In this document: in pieces, positions 42,503-52,400 of the stretch | How positions within the stretch are numbered: position 1 is the stretch's first letter | Layout: the number at the start of each line of letters is the position of its first letter | Origin: an uncultured delta proteobacterium | Lineage (GTDB): Bacteria; Desulfobacterota; Desulfuromonadia; Geobacterales; Pseudopelobacteraceae | Direction of reading: 5' to 3' | Assembly: GCA_963772835.1 (NCBI GenBank) | Contig: CAVYYZ010000003.1 | Span: 160,001-224,000 of the forward strand | DNA length: 64,000 bases | Program-made: the position numbers and the translations under genes | Notes under the pieces: generated by a model | Databases searched by the model: none | Told to the model about the DNA's origin: nothing | Seen by the model: only the letters and a program-made list of their open reading frames with translations

Positions 42503-45500
42503 ATGAACAGTCTAGTGGCCATACGATGTGAGCTGGTGTTGATTCTGTTTTTAGCCATGGTCACAGCAGGTTCTTTAGCCCCTTCGAATGCATTCAGCTC
42601 ATGTGCTGCACCGCTGAACATGATCGAAGCTGAAAACTGCAAACCCGGCAACAGTTCCAGTGAATGGGATATCACGGGAGCGGGAGATCTCAGTATTCAG
42701 GGCTTTGCCACCGATATGAGTGTTACTGCCGGTGAAACCGTCCGTTTCAAGGTTCAGACAGACGCGGGCAGCTATCGTCTGGATATCTACCGTATCGGGT
42801 ATTACGGGGGAAGCGGCGCCCGCAAGTTTGCCTCTGTTCTCCCCTCCGCTTTACTTCCTCAGATACAGCCGGCTTGCGTCACTGATGCAGCAACAAAACT
42901 CACTGACTGCGGCAACTGGACAGAATCGGCATCATGGGCCGTTCCTCCGGACGCCGTCTCCGGTGTATACATTGCAAAGCTGGTGCGTCTTGATACCGGT
43001 GGTGCGAGCCACATGATTTTTATCGTCAGGGATGAATCCGGACGCTCCGATATCCTTTTTAAAACATCCGACACGACGTGGCAGGCATATAACAGCTACG
43101 GCCTTGGTTTCATCGAATATCCTGATTACGGGTACCCATCCCAAAAAGCCGTCAAAGCCAGTTACAACAGGCCTTTTGTGTCCCGCGCCGCCAATACCGG
43201 TCTCGGGGCCTACAACTGGTTTTTTCAGGCCGAATATCCAATGATACGCTGGCTGGAGGCTAACGGGTACAACGTCAGCTACTTCACCTCGGTTGATGCC
43301 GACCGCCGTGGTGCTGAAATCCTGAAGCACAAGGTTCTGCTGTCGGTCGGGCACGATGAATACTGGTCCGGTCAGATGCGCGATAGTGTCGAAACCGCGC
43401 GCGCAGCGGGTGTTAATCTGGCTTTTTTCAGCGGCAATTCCATCTATCGTAAAATTCGCTGGGAAAACAGCATAGACGGTTCAGGCACACCCTATCGGAC
43501 CATGGTCTGCTACAACGAAAGCAATGCACCTTTGCCCATTGACCCGGCAGGTCCTTCAGTCTGGACCGGGACCTGGCGTAACCCGACTTTTAGTCCTCCC
43601 GGAGACGGCGGCAGACCTGAGAACAGTCTGAGCGGTACGTTATTCACGGTTTCCACCGGACCAAATGACCTTGGAATTTCACTCGAGGTACCTCAGGCGA
43701 ACGGGAAAATGCGCTTCTGGCGTAATACATCACCCGCTTCACTTGCTTCCGGTCAGATCTCAACTCTCGGAGACCGGTTGGTGGGGTACGAATTTGATGA
43801 GGATATTGACAACGGGTATCGCCCCGCCGGACTGATACAGTTATCATCGACAACAACCCTGGTGGCGGCAAAGCTTCTGGGCAGCAACGTAAACATTGCC
43901 GCCGACGTCTACCTGCCGGGCACGGCGACCCATGCCATGACTCTCTATCGAGCGCCGGGCAATGCACTGGTATTTTCCGCCGGCACAGTGCACTGGTCAT
44001 GGGGGCTCGACGACCAGCATGACAACGGCCCGTCAATACCTGATCCGGCTATACGCCAGGCTACAGTCAACCTTTTTGCAGATATGGGAGTGCAGCCGGT
44101 ATCATTGCAGCCAGGGCTGGCTGCCGCATCGGCATCAACAGACAGGAGCGCCCCCGTTTCGACGATTACCTCGCCGATATCCGGAGCATCAATGCCTGCG
44201 GGGACACCTGTCACAATCACCGGAACTGCCGGCGACAGCGGCGGTGGAGTGGTGGGAGCGGTTGAAGTATCGACCGATGGCGGTACTTCCTGGCATCCGG
44301 CTGCGGGACGTGAAAGCTGGAGTTACATCTGGAGGCCTGCAGCCGGTGGTACAGCTGTCATCCGCAGCAGGGCGGTTGATGACAGCGGTAATCTGGAAGC
44401 AGCTGCGGCAGGTGTGAACATAAATATAACCCCTGCCACTCAAACTTCATACAGCATCTGGCCCGGGACAACCATACCGGCTCTGGTCGACGGCGGTCCG
44501 GACAGTTCTGTTGAACTGGGCGTAAAATTCCGCTCCGATGTAAACGGCTCCGTAACCGGTGTCCGCTTCTACAAAGCGGCCGGCAATTCCGGTACTCACA
44601 CCGGCAGTCTCTGGACGATCAACGGCACGCGTCTGGCAACTGTGCCGTTTGTTAATGAAAGTGCATCAGGCTGGCAGCAGGCTGATTTTGCAGCGCCGGT
44701 AGCGATCACCGCCAATACGGTCTATGTGGTTTCTTACCATGCGTCCGGTGGTCACTACAGTGCAGATATTAACTATTTTACCGGCAAGGGGATGGACAGT
44801 CCTCCACTTCATGCTCTGGCAAGCGGGGTGTCAGGTTTAAACGGCGTATACTCATACGGCAGTACGAGCAGTTTTCCCACACAGAGCTGGAACAATGCCA
44901 ACTATTGGGTTGACGCGGTACTACTGGTAACGCCGCCGGCGACGCTTGTCTCCATAGCGGTACATCCGGCGAACCCGGCTATAACAACCGGCACCACGCA
45001 AACGTTCACGGCCACCGGTACGTTCTCGGATGGCAGCAGTCAGGATATAACTACGCAGGCTGTGTGGTCATCATCGAGTCCAGGCGTGGCTACCATCACC
45101 AGTACCGGTCTGGGCACCGGTATCAGTGCCGGAAACAGTGTGATCACGGCAACGTTGAACGGGTATGCCGGCAGCACAACTATTGCCGTGCAGGCGTTAC
45201 CGCTGTCTATAGCAACAATGACTCTGGCCGGTGCGACCGTGAACAGTTCCTACTCATCCCAGGTGGCGGGGATTGGTGGAAATCTGCCATACAGGTGGAC
45301 ACTCGCGTCCGGGACTTTGCCGGCCGGACTGGTTCTCAACAGCCTCACCGGCACAATAACCGGCACTCCCACGACTTCAGGAAGTTTCAGCTTCGTGGCC
45401 CGGATATCAGATTCAAGCATCCCGCAACAGACCGTCACATCGTCCCTGAGCATTGATGTATCATCACAGACAATCTTTACAATTTGGCCGGCTTCAATTG

Positions 45501-48500
45501 TTCCGGGGATTGTGGATGCGGGTCCTGACAGTGCAGTTGAACTGGGTGTCAATTTCAGTTCCGACGCATATGGTCTGGTGACCGGCATCCGTTTTTACAA
45601 GGCGGCTGCCAATACCGGGACCCATGTTGGTAACCTCTGGGCGAAGAGTGGTACTCTGCTCGCCACAGCAACTTTCACCGGCGAAACCGCCTCCGGCTGG
45701 CAACAGGCCAACTTTACCACTCCGGTAGCCATCAGCGCCAACACTGTGTACATTGCTTCCTACCACACAAATACCGGCCACTACAGCGATGATCTCAACT
45801 ACTTTGCCGGCACGGGTAAGGATAGCCCGCCGCTGCATGCCCTGGCGGACGGATTATCAGGGTACAACGGTGTATTTGCCTACGGCGTCGGCAGCTCATT
45901 CCCAAACCAGGGGTGGAAAAACTCCAATTACTGGGTGGATGTGACGTTCAGCGCCACTGCTCCTTTAGACACAACAGCACCAACCGTGACCTCATTTATC
46001 GTGCCGTCCATTTCAGCGAGCAGGGACGTGGCGATCACGAGCTTCACCGCCACTGATAACGTGGCGGTGACCGGTTATCTGGTCACCGAATCAGCCGTTG
46101 CTCCGTTGCCGGCAGCCACTGGCTGGCTGACAACTCCACCTGTTTCCTACTCATGTACGACAGTCGGAGCAAAGACTCTGTATGGCTGGGTCAAGGATGC
46201 TGCCGGCAATGTTTCGGCCAGTCTTAGTACAACCGTTACAATCCTGCCGGCAGATACAATTCCGCCGGTCGTGACCGCTTTTTCCGTACCGGCCTCCTCC
46301 TCCACATATACCGTTTCAATAACAAATCTTAGTGCGTCGGACAATGTGGCGGTCACCGGCTACCTGGTCAACGAATCTGGGACGACCCCTTCACTTGCAT
46401 CAGCAGGGTGGACTGTAACCGCTCCGGATTCCTACACGTTCACGACGACGGGGAGCAAAACGCTCCATGCCTGGGCGCGGGATGCTGCCGGAAACGTGTC
46501 TGCAGACAGCAGCGCCTCTGTTACACTGATTTCGGATGGTCCGCTTCTACTCATTTCATCGGCATTGAATCCCTTCAGCGGCTATTATGCCGAGATCATA
46601 AGAACCGAAGGGCTCAACGCGTTTGCCGAGACTGATATATCCCTGCTCACGCCTGCAATGCTTTCAGCGCACGATGTAGCGATCCTTGGCGATATGTCTC
46701 TGACATCCGGACAGGTTGCACTCCTCAGTGACTGGGTCAACGGCGGCGGAAAACTGATTGCCATGCGTCCGGACAAACAGCTTTCAGATCTGCTCGGTCT
46801 GAGTGATCTGTCGGCGACTATTTCTGACGCCTATCTACGTGTCGATACCTCCTCCGGGCCCGGTGTGGGGATCGTGAACGAAACCATTCAGTATCATGGT
46901 TCAGCCGACCTCTACAGTCTTAATGGCGCAATTAGTCTGGCAACGCTTTATTCTGATGCAGCAACGACAACATCACATCCGGCCGTCACATTGAATAATA
47001 TCGGAGCGAACGGGGGGCAGGCGGCGTCCTTTGCCTATGATCTTTCCCGTTCTGTTGTCTACTCACGTCAGGGCAATCCGGCCTGGTCGGGGCAGGATAG
47101 GGACGGTTATGCACCGATCCGTTCCGATGACCTGTTTTACGGCGCGGCAGTCATCGACCGGCAACCTGACTGGGTTGATATGAACAAAGTGGCGGTTCCA
47201 CAGGCTGACGAACAGCAGCGCCTGTTGGCAAACCTCATTATCCGGATGAACCAGAATAAAAAACCGCTGCCACGCTTCTGGTATTTTCCCCGCAGTCTGC
47301 CTGCGGTCGTGGTGATGACCGGTGACGATCATGGCAATAACGGGACCGCCGGGCGGTTCGATTCCTATGTGGCTGCCAGTCCTCCCAACTGCTCTGTGGA
47401 CAACTGGGAGTGTATCAGGGGCACTTCGTATATTTTTACTAAATCCCCGCTCAGCAATATGCAGGCTTTGGCCTATACCGCAGCCGGGTTCGAGATTGCG
47501 CTCCATGTCAGTACCAACTGCGTCGACTGGACGCCGTCAACTCTTGAATCATTCTATGCGGCACAACTCAGCGCCTGGCAGTTGAAGTACGACACTCTCC
47601 CCGCACCGAAAACACACCGGACGCATTGTATCGCCTGGAGCGATTATGCGACTCAGCCTGTGGTTGAATCGGCTCACGGAATACGGCTTGATACAACCTA
47701 CTACTACTATCCTTCGGCCTGGGTCTCCGATCGCCCGGGATTTTTCACCGGTTCCGGTATGCCGATGCGTTTTGCCGACTCAACCGGCACTCTCATTGAC
47801 GTTTACCAGGCAGCGACCCAGATGACCGATGAATCGGGCCAGACATTCCCTTTGACGATCAATGCCCTTCTCGATAGTGCCATCGGTCCGGAAGGATATT
47901 ATGGTGTCTTTGTGGCCAATATGCACACCGATGAAGCAGCATCGAGCGGAAGTGACTCAATAGTGGACTCTGCACGTGCCCGGGGAATACCGGTGATCTC
48001 GGCCCGTCAATTACTGAAATGGCTGGATGGACGCAATACTTCGACCTTCAGTTCACTGGAGTGGAATGGTTCTGTTCTCGGTTTTTCAATCACTGCCGCC
48101 CAGGATGCAAACGGGTTGGTTGCTATGGTGCCGGTGACGGATGGTCAAACCGTTACGAATATTACCCGTAATGGTGCTCCGGTCGTCTTTGCAAAGGTCA
48201 AAATCAAAGGCATCCAGTATGCAAACTTTACAGCGCTGACCGGTGTGTATCAGGTAACGTATGCCGCTGACGCTGCGCCGCCGGAGGTTAGTGTGGTTTC
48301 TCCTGACCATGGATCGTCCGGCGTCAGTACGGTATTCCAGGCCGCCGTTACCTTCAGTGAGCTGATGGATGCAGCCAGTATCACCGGCGGCACCTTTGAG
48401 CTGCGTGACCCGATGAATGCTCTCGTTCCGGCTGTTGTTGTCTATAATTCAGCGGCACAAAAGGCTCTGCTTGAACCTGCCGCTCCGCTGGAACGTTCAA

Positions 48501-49441
48501 CGAACTATACCGCCACCGTCAAAGGCGGGGCAAACGGCGTGAAAGATCTTGCCGGTAATCAGCTCAAGAGTGATTACAGCTGGTCGTTCAGCACTACCGC
48601 TACGTCAAACGGGTCATATTACATCTGGCCGGCTTCGACGGTGCCGGGTGTAATAGACAGCGGTCCTGACGCTGCAGTGGAGCTGGGTGTGAAGTTCCGT
48701 TCTGATATCAGCGGGTATGTCACGGGGATCCGTTTTTACAAAGCAAACGCCAACAGCGGACTCCATATCGGCAATCTTTGGACGGGAAGCGGTACGCTGC
48801 TGGCATCGGTTCCCTTCAGTGGCGAGAGTGCTTCCGGCTGGCAACAGGTACAATTCCCTGCCTCGGTGCCAATCAGCGCCAATACGGTATACGTGGCTTC
48901 CTACCATACAACTGCAGGGCATTACAGCGACAACCTGAACTTCTTTAAAAACAATGGTGTAGACAATCCGCCACTGCATGCCCTGGCCAATGGTATATCC
49001 GGTTTCAACGGGGTGTATGCGTATGGTTCAGCCGGCAGTTTCCCGAACCAGGGGTGGAACAGTTCCAACTACTGGGTGGATGTGGTGTTTAGTGCCATCC
49101 CGGCGCCAACGCTATCTTTCATCACGGTTACGCCGGGCAACCAGAGAGTCGTGATAGGCGCCAGCCAGCAGTTTACCGCCACCGGGACTTATTCCGACGG
49201 CAGCACCCAAAATCTGACAGGCCAGGTAACGTGGAGTTCTGCAGATACAAAAATTGCATCTATCACCGGTGCCGGTCTGGTGACGGCACAGAGCCTCGGA
49301 ATCACCACGATGTCGGCAACCCTGAACGGCATCACCGGCAGTACGAATCTGACCACGACAGACCAGATAGGATTTGTATCCCGTAATATTTTTGCCTGTG
49401 CCGGAAGCGACCGCTTTGCCCTCACACAGGCATGGCAATGA
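42503..49441 (+). CDS. Giant secreted mosaic protein: DMFase-beta-like, Ig, DUF4082, Big_2, He_PIG-like, DUF4082, 2 Ig, CE4-like module, Big_5, DUF4082, Big_2
   Basis: Signal peptide; TWQAYN, SYNRP, LSVGHDEYWS; three VELGVxF...NYWVD modules; MTGDDHG/EIALH/HRTHC/ANMH; start ATG 42503 with RBS GGAGG. Confidence 0.8.
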   Translation: MNSLVAIRCELVLILFLAMVTAGSLAPSNAFSSCAAPLNMIEAENCKPGNSSSEWDITGAGDLSIQGFATDMSVTAGETVRFKVQTDAGSYRLDIYRIGYYGGSGARKFASVLPSALLPQIQPACVTDAATKLTDCGNWTESASWAVPPDAVSGVYIAKLVRLDTGGASHMIFIVRDESGRSDILFKTSDTTWQAYNSYGLGFIEYPDYGYPSQKAVKASYNRPFVSRAANTGLGAYNWFFQAEYPMIRWLEANGYNVSYFTSVDADRRGAEILKHKVLLSVGHDEYWSGQMRDSVETARAAGVNLAFFSGNSIYRKIRWENSIDGSGTPYRTMVCYNESNAPLPIDPAGPSVWTGTWRNPTFSPPGDGGRPENSLSGTLFTVSTGPNDLGISLEVPQANGKMRFWRNTSPASLASGQISTLGDRLVGYEFDEDIDNGYRPAGLIQLSSTTTLVAAKLLGSNVNIAADVYLPGTATHAMTLYRAPGNALVFSAGTVHWSWGLDDQHDNGPSIPDPAIRQATVNLFADMGVQPVSLQPGLAAASASTDRSAPVSTITSPISGASMPAGTPVTITGTAGDSGGGVVGAVEVSTDGGTSWHPAAGRESWSYIWRPAAGGTAVIRSRAVDDSGNLEAAAAGVNINITPATQTSYSIWPGTTIPALVDGGPDSSVELGVKFRSDVNGSVTGVRFYKAAGNSGTHTGSLWTINGTRLATVPFVNESASGWQQADFAAPVAITANTVYVVSYHASGGHYSADINYFTGKGMDSPPLHALASGVSGLNGVYSYGSTSSFPTQSWNNANYWVDAVLLVTPPATLVSIAVHPANPAITTGTTQTFTATGTFSDGSSQDITTQAVWSSSSPGVATITSTGLGTGISAGNSVITATLNGYAGSTTIAVQALPLSIATMTLAGATVNSSYSSQVAGIGGNLPYRWTLASGTLPAGLVLNSLTGTITGTPTTSGSFSFVARISDSSIPQQTVTSSLSIDVSSQTIFTIWPASIVPGIVDAGPDSAVELGVNFSSDAYGLVTGIRFYKAAANTGTHVGNLWAKSGTLLATATFTGETASGWQQANFTTPVAISANTVYIASYHTNTGHYSDDLNYFAGTGKDSPPLHALADGLSGYNGVFAYGVGSSFPNQGWKNSNYWVDVTFSATAPLDTTAPTVTSFIVPSISASRDVAITSFTATDNVAVTGYLVTESAVAPLPAATGWLTTPPVSYSCTTVGAKTLYGWVKDAAGNVSASLSTTVTILPADTIPPVVTAFSVPASSSTYTVSITNLSASDNVAVTGYLVNESGTTPSLASAGWTVTAPDSYTFTTTGSKTLHAWARDAAGNVSADSSASVTLISDGPLLLISSALNPFSGYYAEIIRTEGLNAFAETDISLLTPAMLSAHDVAILGDMSLTSGQVALLSDWVNGGGKLIAMRPDKQLSDLLGLSDLSATISDAYLRVDTSSGPGVGIVNETIQYHGSADLYSLNGAISLATLYSDAATTTSHPAVTLNNIGANGGQAASFAYDLSRSVVYSRQGNPAWSGQDRDGYAPIRSDDLFYGAAVIDRQPDWVDMNKVAVPQADEQQRLLANLIIRMNQNKKPLPRFWYFPRSLPAVVVMTGDDHGNNGTAGRFDSYVAASPPNCSVDNWECIRGTSYIFTKSPLSNMQALAYTAAGFEIALHVSTNCVDWTPSTLESFYAAQLSAWQLKYDTLPAPKTHRTHCIAWSDYATQPVVESAHGIRLDTTYYYYPSAWVSDRPGFFTGSGMPMRFADSTGTLIDVYQAATQMTDESGQTFPLTINALLDSAIGPEGYYGVFVANMHTDEAASSGSDSIVDSARARGIPVISARQLLKWLDGRNTSTFSSLEWNGSVLGFSITAAQDANGLVAMVPVTDGQTVTNITRNGAPVVFAKVKIKGIQYANFTALTGVYQVTYAADAAPPEVSVVSPDHGSSGVSTVFQAAVTFSELMDAASITGGTFELRDPMNALVPAVVVYNSAAQKALLEPAAPLERSTNYTATVKGGANGVKDLAGNQLKSDYSWSFSTTATSNGSYYIWPASTVPGVIDSGPDAAVELGVKFRSDISGYVTGIRFYKANANSGLHIGNLWTGSGTLLASVPFSGESASGWQQVQFPASVPISANTVYVASYHTTAGHYSDNLNFFKNNGVDNPPLHALANGISGFNGVYAYGSAGSFPNQGWNSSNYWVDVVFSAIPAPTLSFITVTPGNQRVVIGASQQFTATGTYSDGSTQNLTGQVTWSSADTKIASITGAGLVTAQSLGITTMSATLNGITGSTNLTTTDQIGFVSRNIFACAGSDRFALTQAWQ

Positions 49442-52400
49442 TACTGTGCTCCTGATGTCAGTCGGGAAGTATGGTGCGTTGCACCGGGAGGAGGTTCCTC
49501 ATGAAAAAACCATTCATACTGTTCACGGCATTATTACTGTTCGGTGCCGTATCAAATCTGATACCGCTGGAGGCGATCGCCGCCACAATCTGGCCCGGTG
49601 CAACAGTTCCGGTTATCGCGGACTCCGGTCCTGACAGTGCTGTAGAACTTGGCGTGAAATTCAGATCCGATTCCAGCGGCACGGTGAGCGGCATCCGTTT
49701 CTACAAGGGGAACGGCAATACCGGAACTCATACCGGCAGCCTCTGGTCGAGTACCGGCACGCGTCTGGCCACGGCCACCTTCAGTGGTGAAACAGCCTCC
49801 GGGTGGCAGCAGGTGAACTTCAACACACCTGTATCCATAAGCGCAAATACGGTCTATGTGGCCTCGTACCACACCAACAGCGGTCATTACAGTTGCGATC
49901 AGAACTTCTTCGCGAGCAGAGGGGTGGATGCGCCGCCGCTGCATGCCCTGGCAAACGGGGTTTCAGGAGTCAACGGAGTCTACATCTACGGGACTGGAGG
50001 AAGATTTCCCAACCAGGGCTGGAACAGTTCCAACTACTGGGTGGATGTGGTTTTCAATGCAACCACTTCGTCCGATACGACTCCTCCGACTATAACCGCT
50101 TTCACCATTCCGTCTTCCGCGACTGAACTTACCATTCCAATAACAAGCTTCACTGCAACGGACAATGTCGGTGTGACCGGCTACCTCGTCAATGAATCGG
50201 CAACTAAACCTTCGTCAACAGCCAGCGGCTGGTCGACAACAATTCCATCCTCCTATACATTTACATCCGAGGGCAGCAAGACCCTCTATGCCTGGGCCAG
50301 AGATGCCGCGGGTAATGTGTCCACCGGAGTGAGTGATTCTGTTGTCATCACGCTTGATTCCGGTACCACCGCCAGTACCCCGATTCTGATTATTTCATCA
50401 ACATCGAATCCTTTCAGCGGATATTATGCTGAAATTCTCCGCGCTGAAGGGCTCAATGTTTTCGATGAGAGTGATGTTTCTTCGCTGTCGTCTGCACAGC
50501 TTGCTCCCTATGACGCTGTTATTCTTGGAGAGATGTCGTTGACCTCGTCCCAGGTCACGATTTTCACTAACTGGGTCAACGGAGGAGGGCACCTTATTGC
50601 GATGCGGCCGGACAAAAAACTAGCCTCTCTGCTGGGATTGAGTGATCTCGGCTCAACGATTGCGAACACGTACCTTCTTGTAAACACGCAATCCGCTCCC
50701 GGTGCCGGAATCGTTGATCAGACGATCCAGTACCATGGTACGGCCGACCTGTATTCTCTCAGCAGTGCCTCAAGTATTGCAACTCTCTACTTCAGCTCAA
50801 CAACGGCAACATCAAATCCTGCGGTCACTCTGCGTACTGTCGGCAATCAGGGTGGACAGGCGGCAGCGTTTACCTATGATCTTGCCCGCTCCGTCATCTA
50901 TACCCGCCAGGGAAATCCAGCCTGGTCAGGACAGGAAAGAGACGGCTATCCGCCGATTCGATCTGATGACCTCTTCTACGGCTACGCAAGTTTCGACCCC
51001 CGTCCCGATTGGATCGACCGGGATAAAGCATACATCCCTCAGGCTGATGAACAGCAGCGCTTATTGGCAAACCTCATCATACAGATGAATATCGATAAAA
51101 ATCCCCTGCCGCGCTTCTGGTATTTTCCGCGCAATCTTGAGGCGGTCGTTGTCATGACCGGCGATGACCATGGCAATGGCGGAACAGCCGGGAGATTCGA
51201 TACATATAACGCCATGAGCCATTCAGGTTGTTCGGTTGCGAACTGGGAGTGCATCAGGGGCACGTCATACATTTTCCCGAACACTCCTCTCAGTGACAGT
51301 CAGGCATCAGCCTACAGCAACAGCGGTTTTGAAATCGGAGTCCATGTCACAACCGACTGCCTGGATTGGACACCCGCATCGCTCCGTTCCTTCTATACGA
51401 ATCAGTTCGCTGCGTGGAGGGATAAATACAGCAGCCTTCCTTCACCGGTAACACACCGGACTCATTGTATCGTCTGGAGCGATTACGCGACTCAACCGGT
51501 GGTAGAACTGTCGTTCGGCATGCGGCTTGATACAAACTACTACTACTGGCCTCCGGAATGGGTTGCAAATATTCCCTGCCTGTTCACCGGGTCCGCAATG
51601 CCGATGCGCTACACCGATGCTAACGGCACTCTCATTGATGTCTATCAGGCGCCCACCCAGATGACAGATGAATCAGGTCAGACGTACCCGTTCACAATAG
51701 ATTCACTCCTCGATAATGCCATCGGTCCTGAAGGGTATTTCGGAGTTTTTCTCGCCAATATGCATACTGATGCAGCTGATTCGGCCGGATCAGATGCAAT
51801 TGTCCGCTCTGCGCAGGCCCGTGGCGTGCCGGTGATCACCGCCCGCCAGATGTTGACATGGCTGGATGGACGAAACGACTCGACATTCGATTCACTGTCA
51901 TGGAACGGTACCAGTCTGAATTTCTCTATCACTGCCGGCCAGGGTGCCAACGGTCTGGTGGCCATGGCGCCGCTGCAAAACGGTCAGTCCGTGTCACGGA
52001 TAACGAGGAACGGCAGTTCCATTCCATTCTCCAATGCAACGATTAAAGGCATCAGGTACGTCCGCTTTGCGGCTGCCGGCGGAAACTATCAGGTTACATA
52101 TGCTTCCGGCGGGTCCGGAGATACTACTCCGCCGACCGTAACCTCATTTACGGTTCCCGCGACGGCATCAACTCTTATCGTCCCGATCAACAGCTTCTCG
52201 GCGACGGACAACGTTGCGGTAACCGGCTATCTGGTCAACGAATCTGCAACAAAACCATCTGCAACCGCCATCGGGTGGACAACCGGCGCCCCGGACTCCT
52301 ACACCTTTGTGACAGCGGGCAGCAAAACCCTCTACGCCTGGGCACGGGACGCAGCCGGAAATGTGTCCGCCAGCATGAGTGATTCCGTCACCATAACCAT

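Noticed and set aside
49340..49441. C-terminal sorting signal or frameshift at the end of the giant protein
   Set aside because: The tail lacks a TM or basic cluster. A nearby out-of-frame TAG hints at read-through, but this cannot be supported without homologs.
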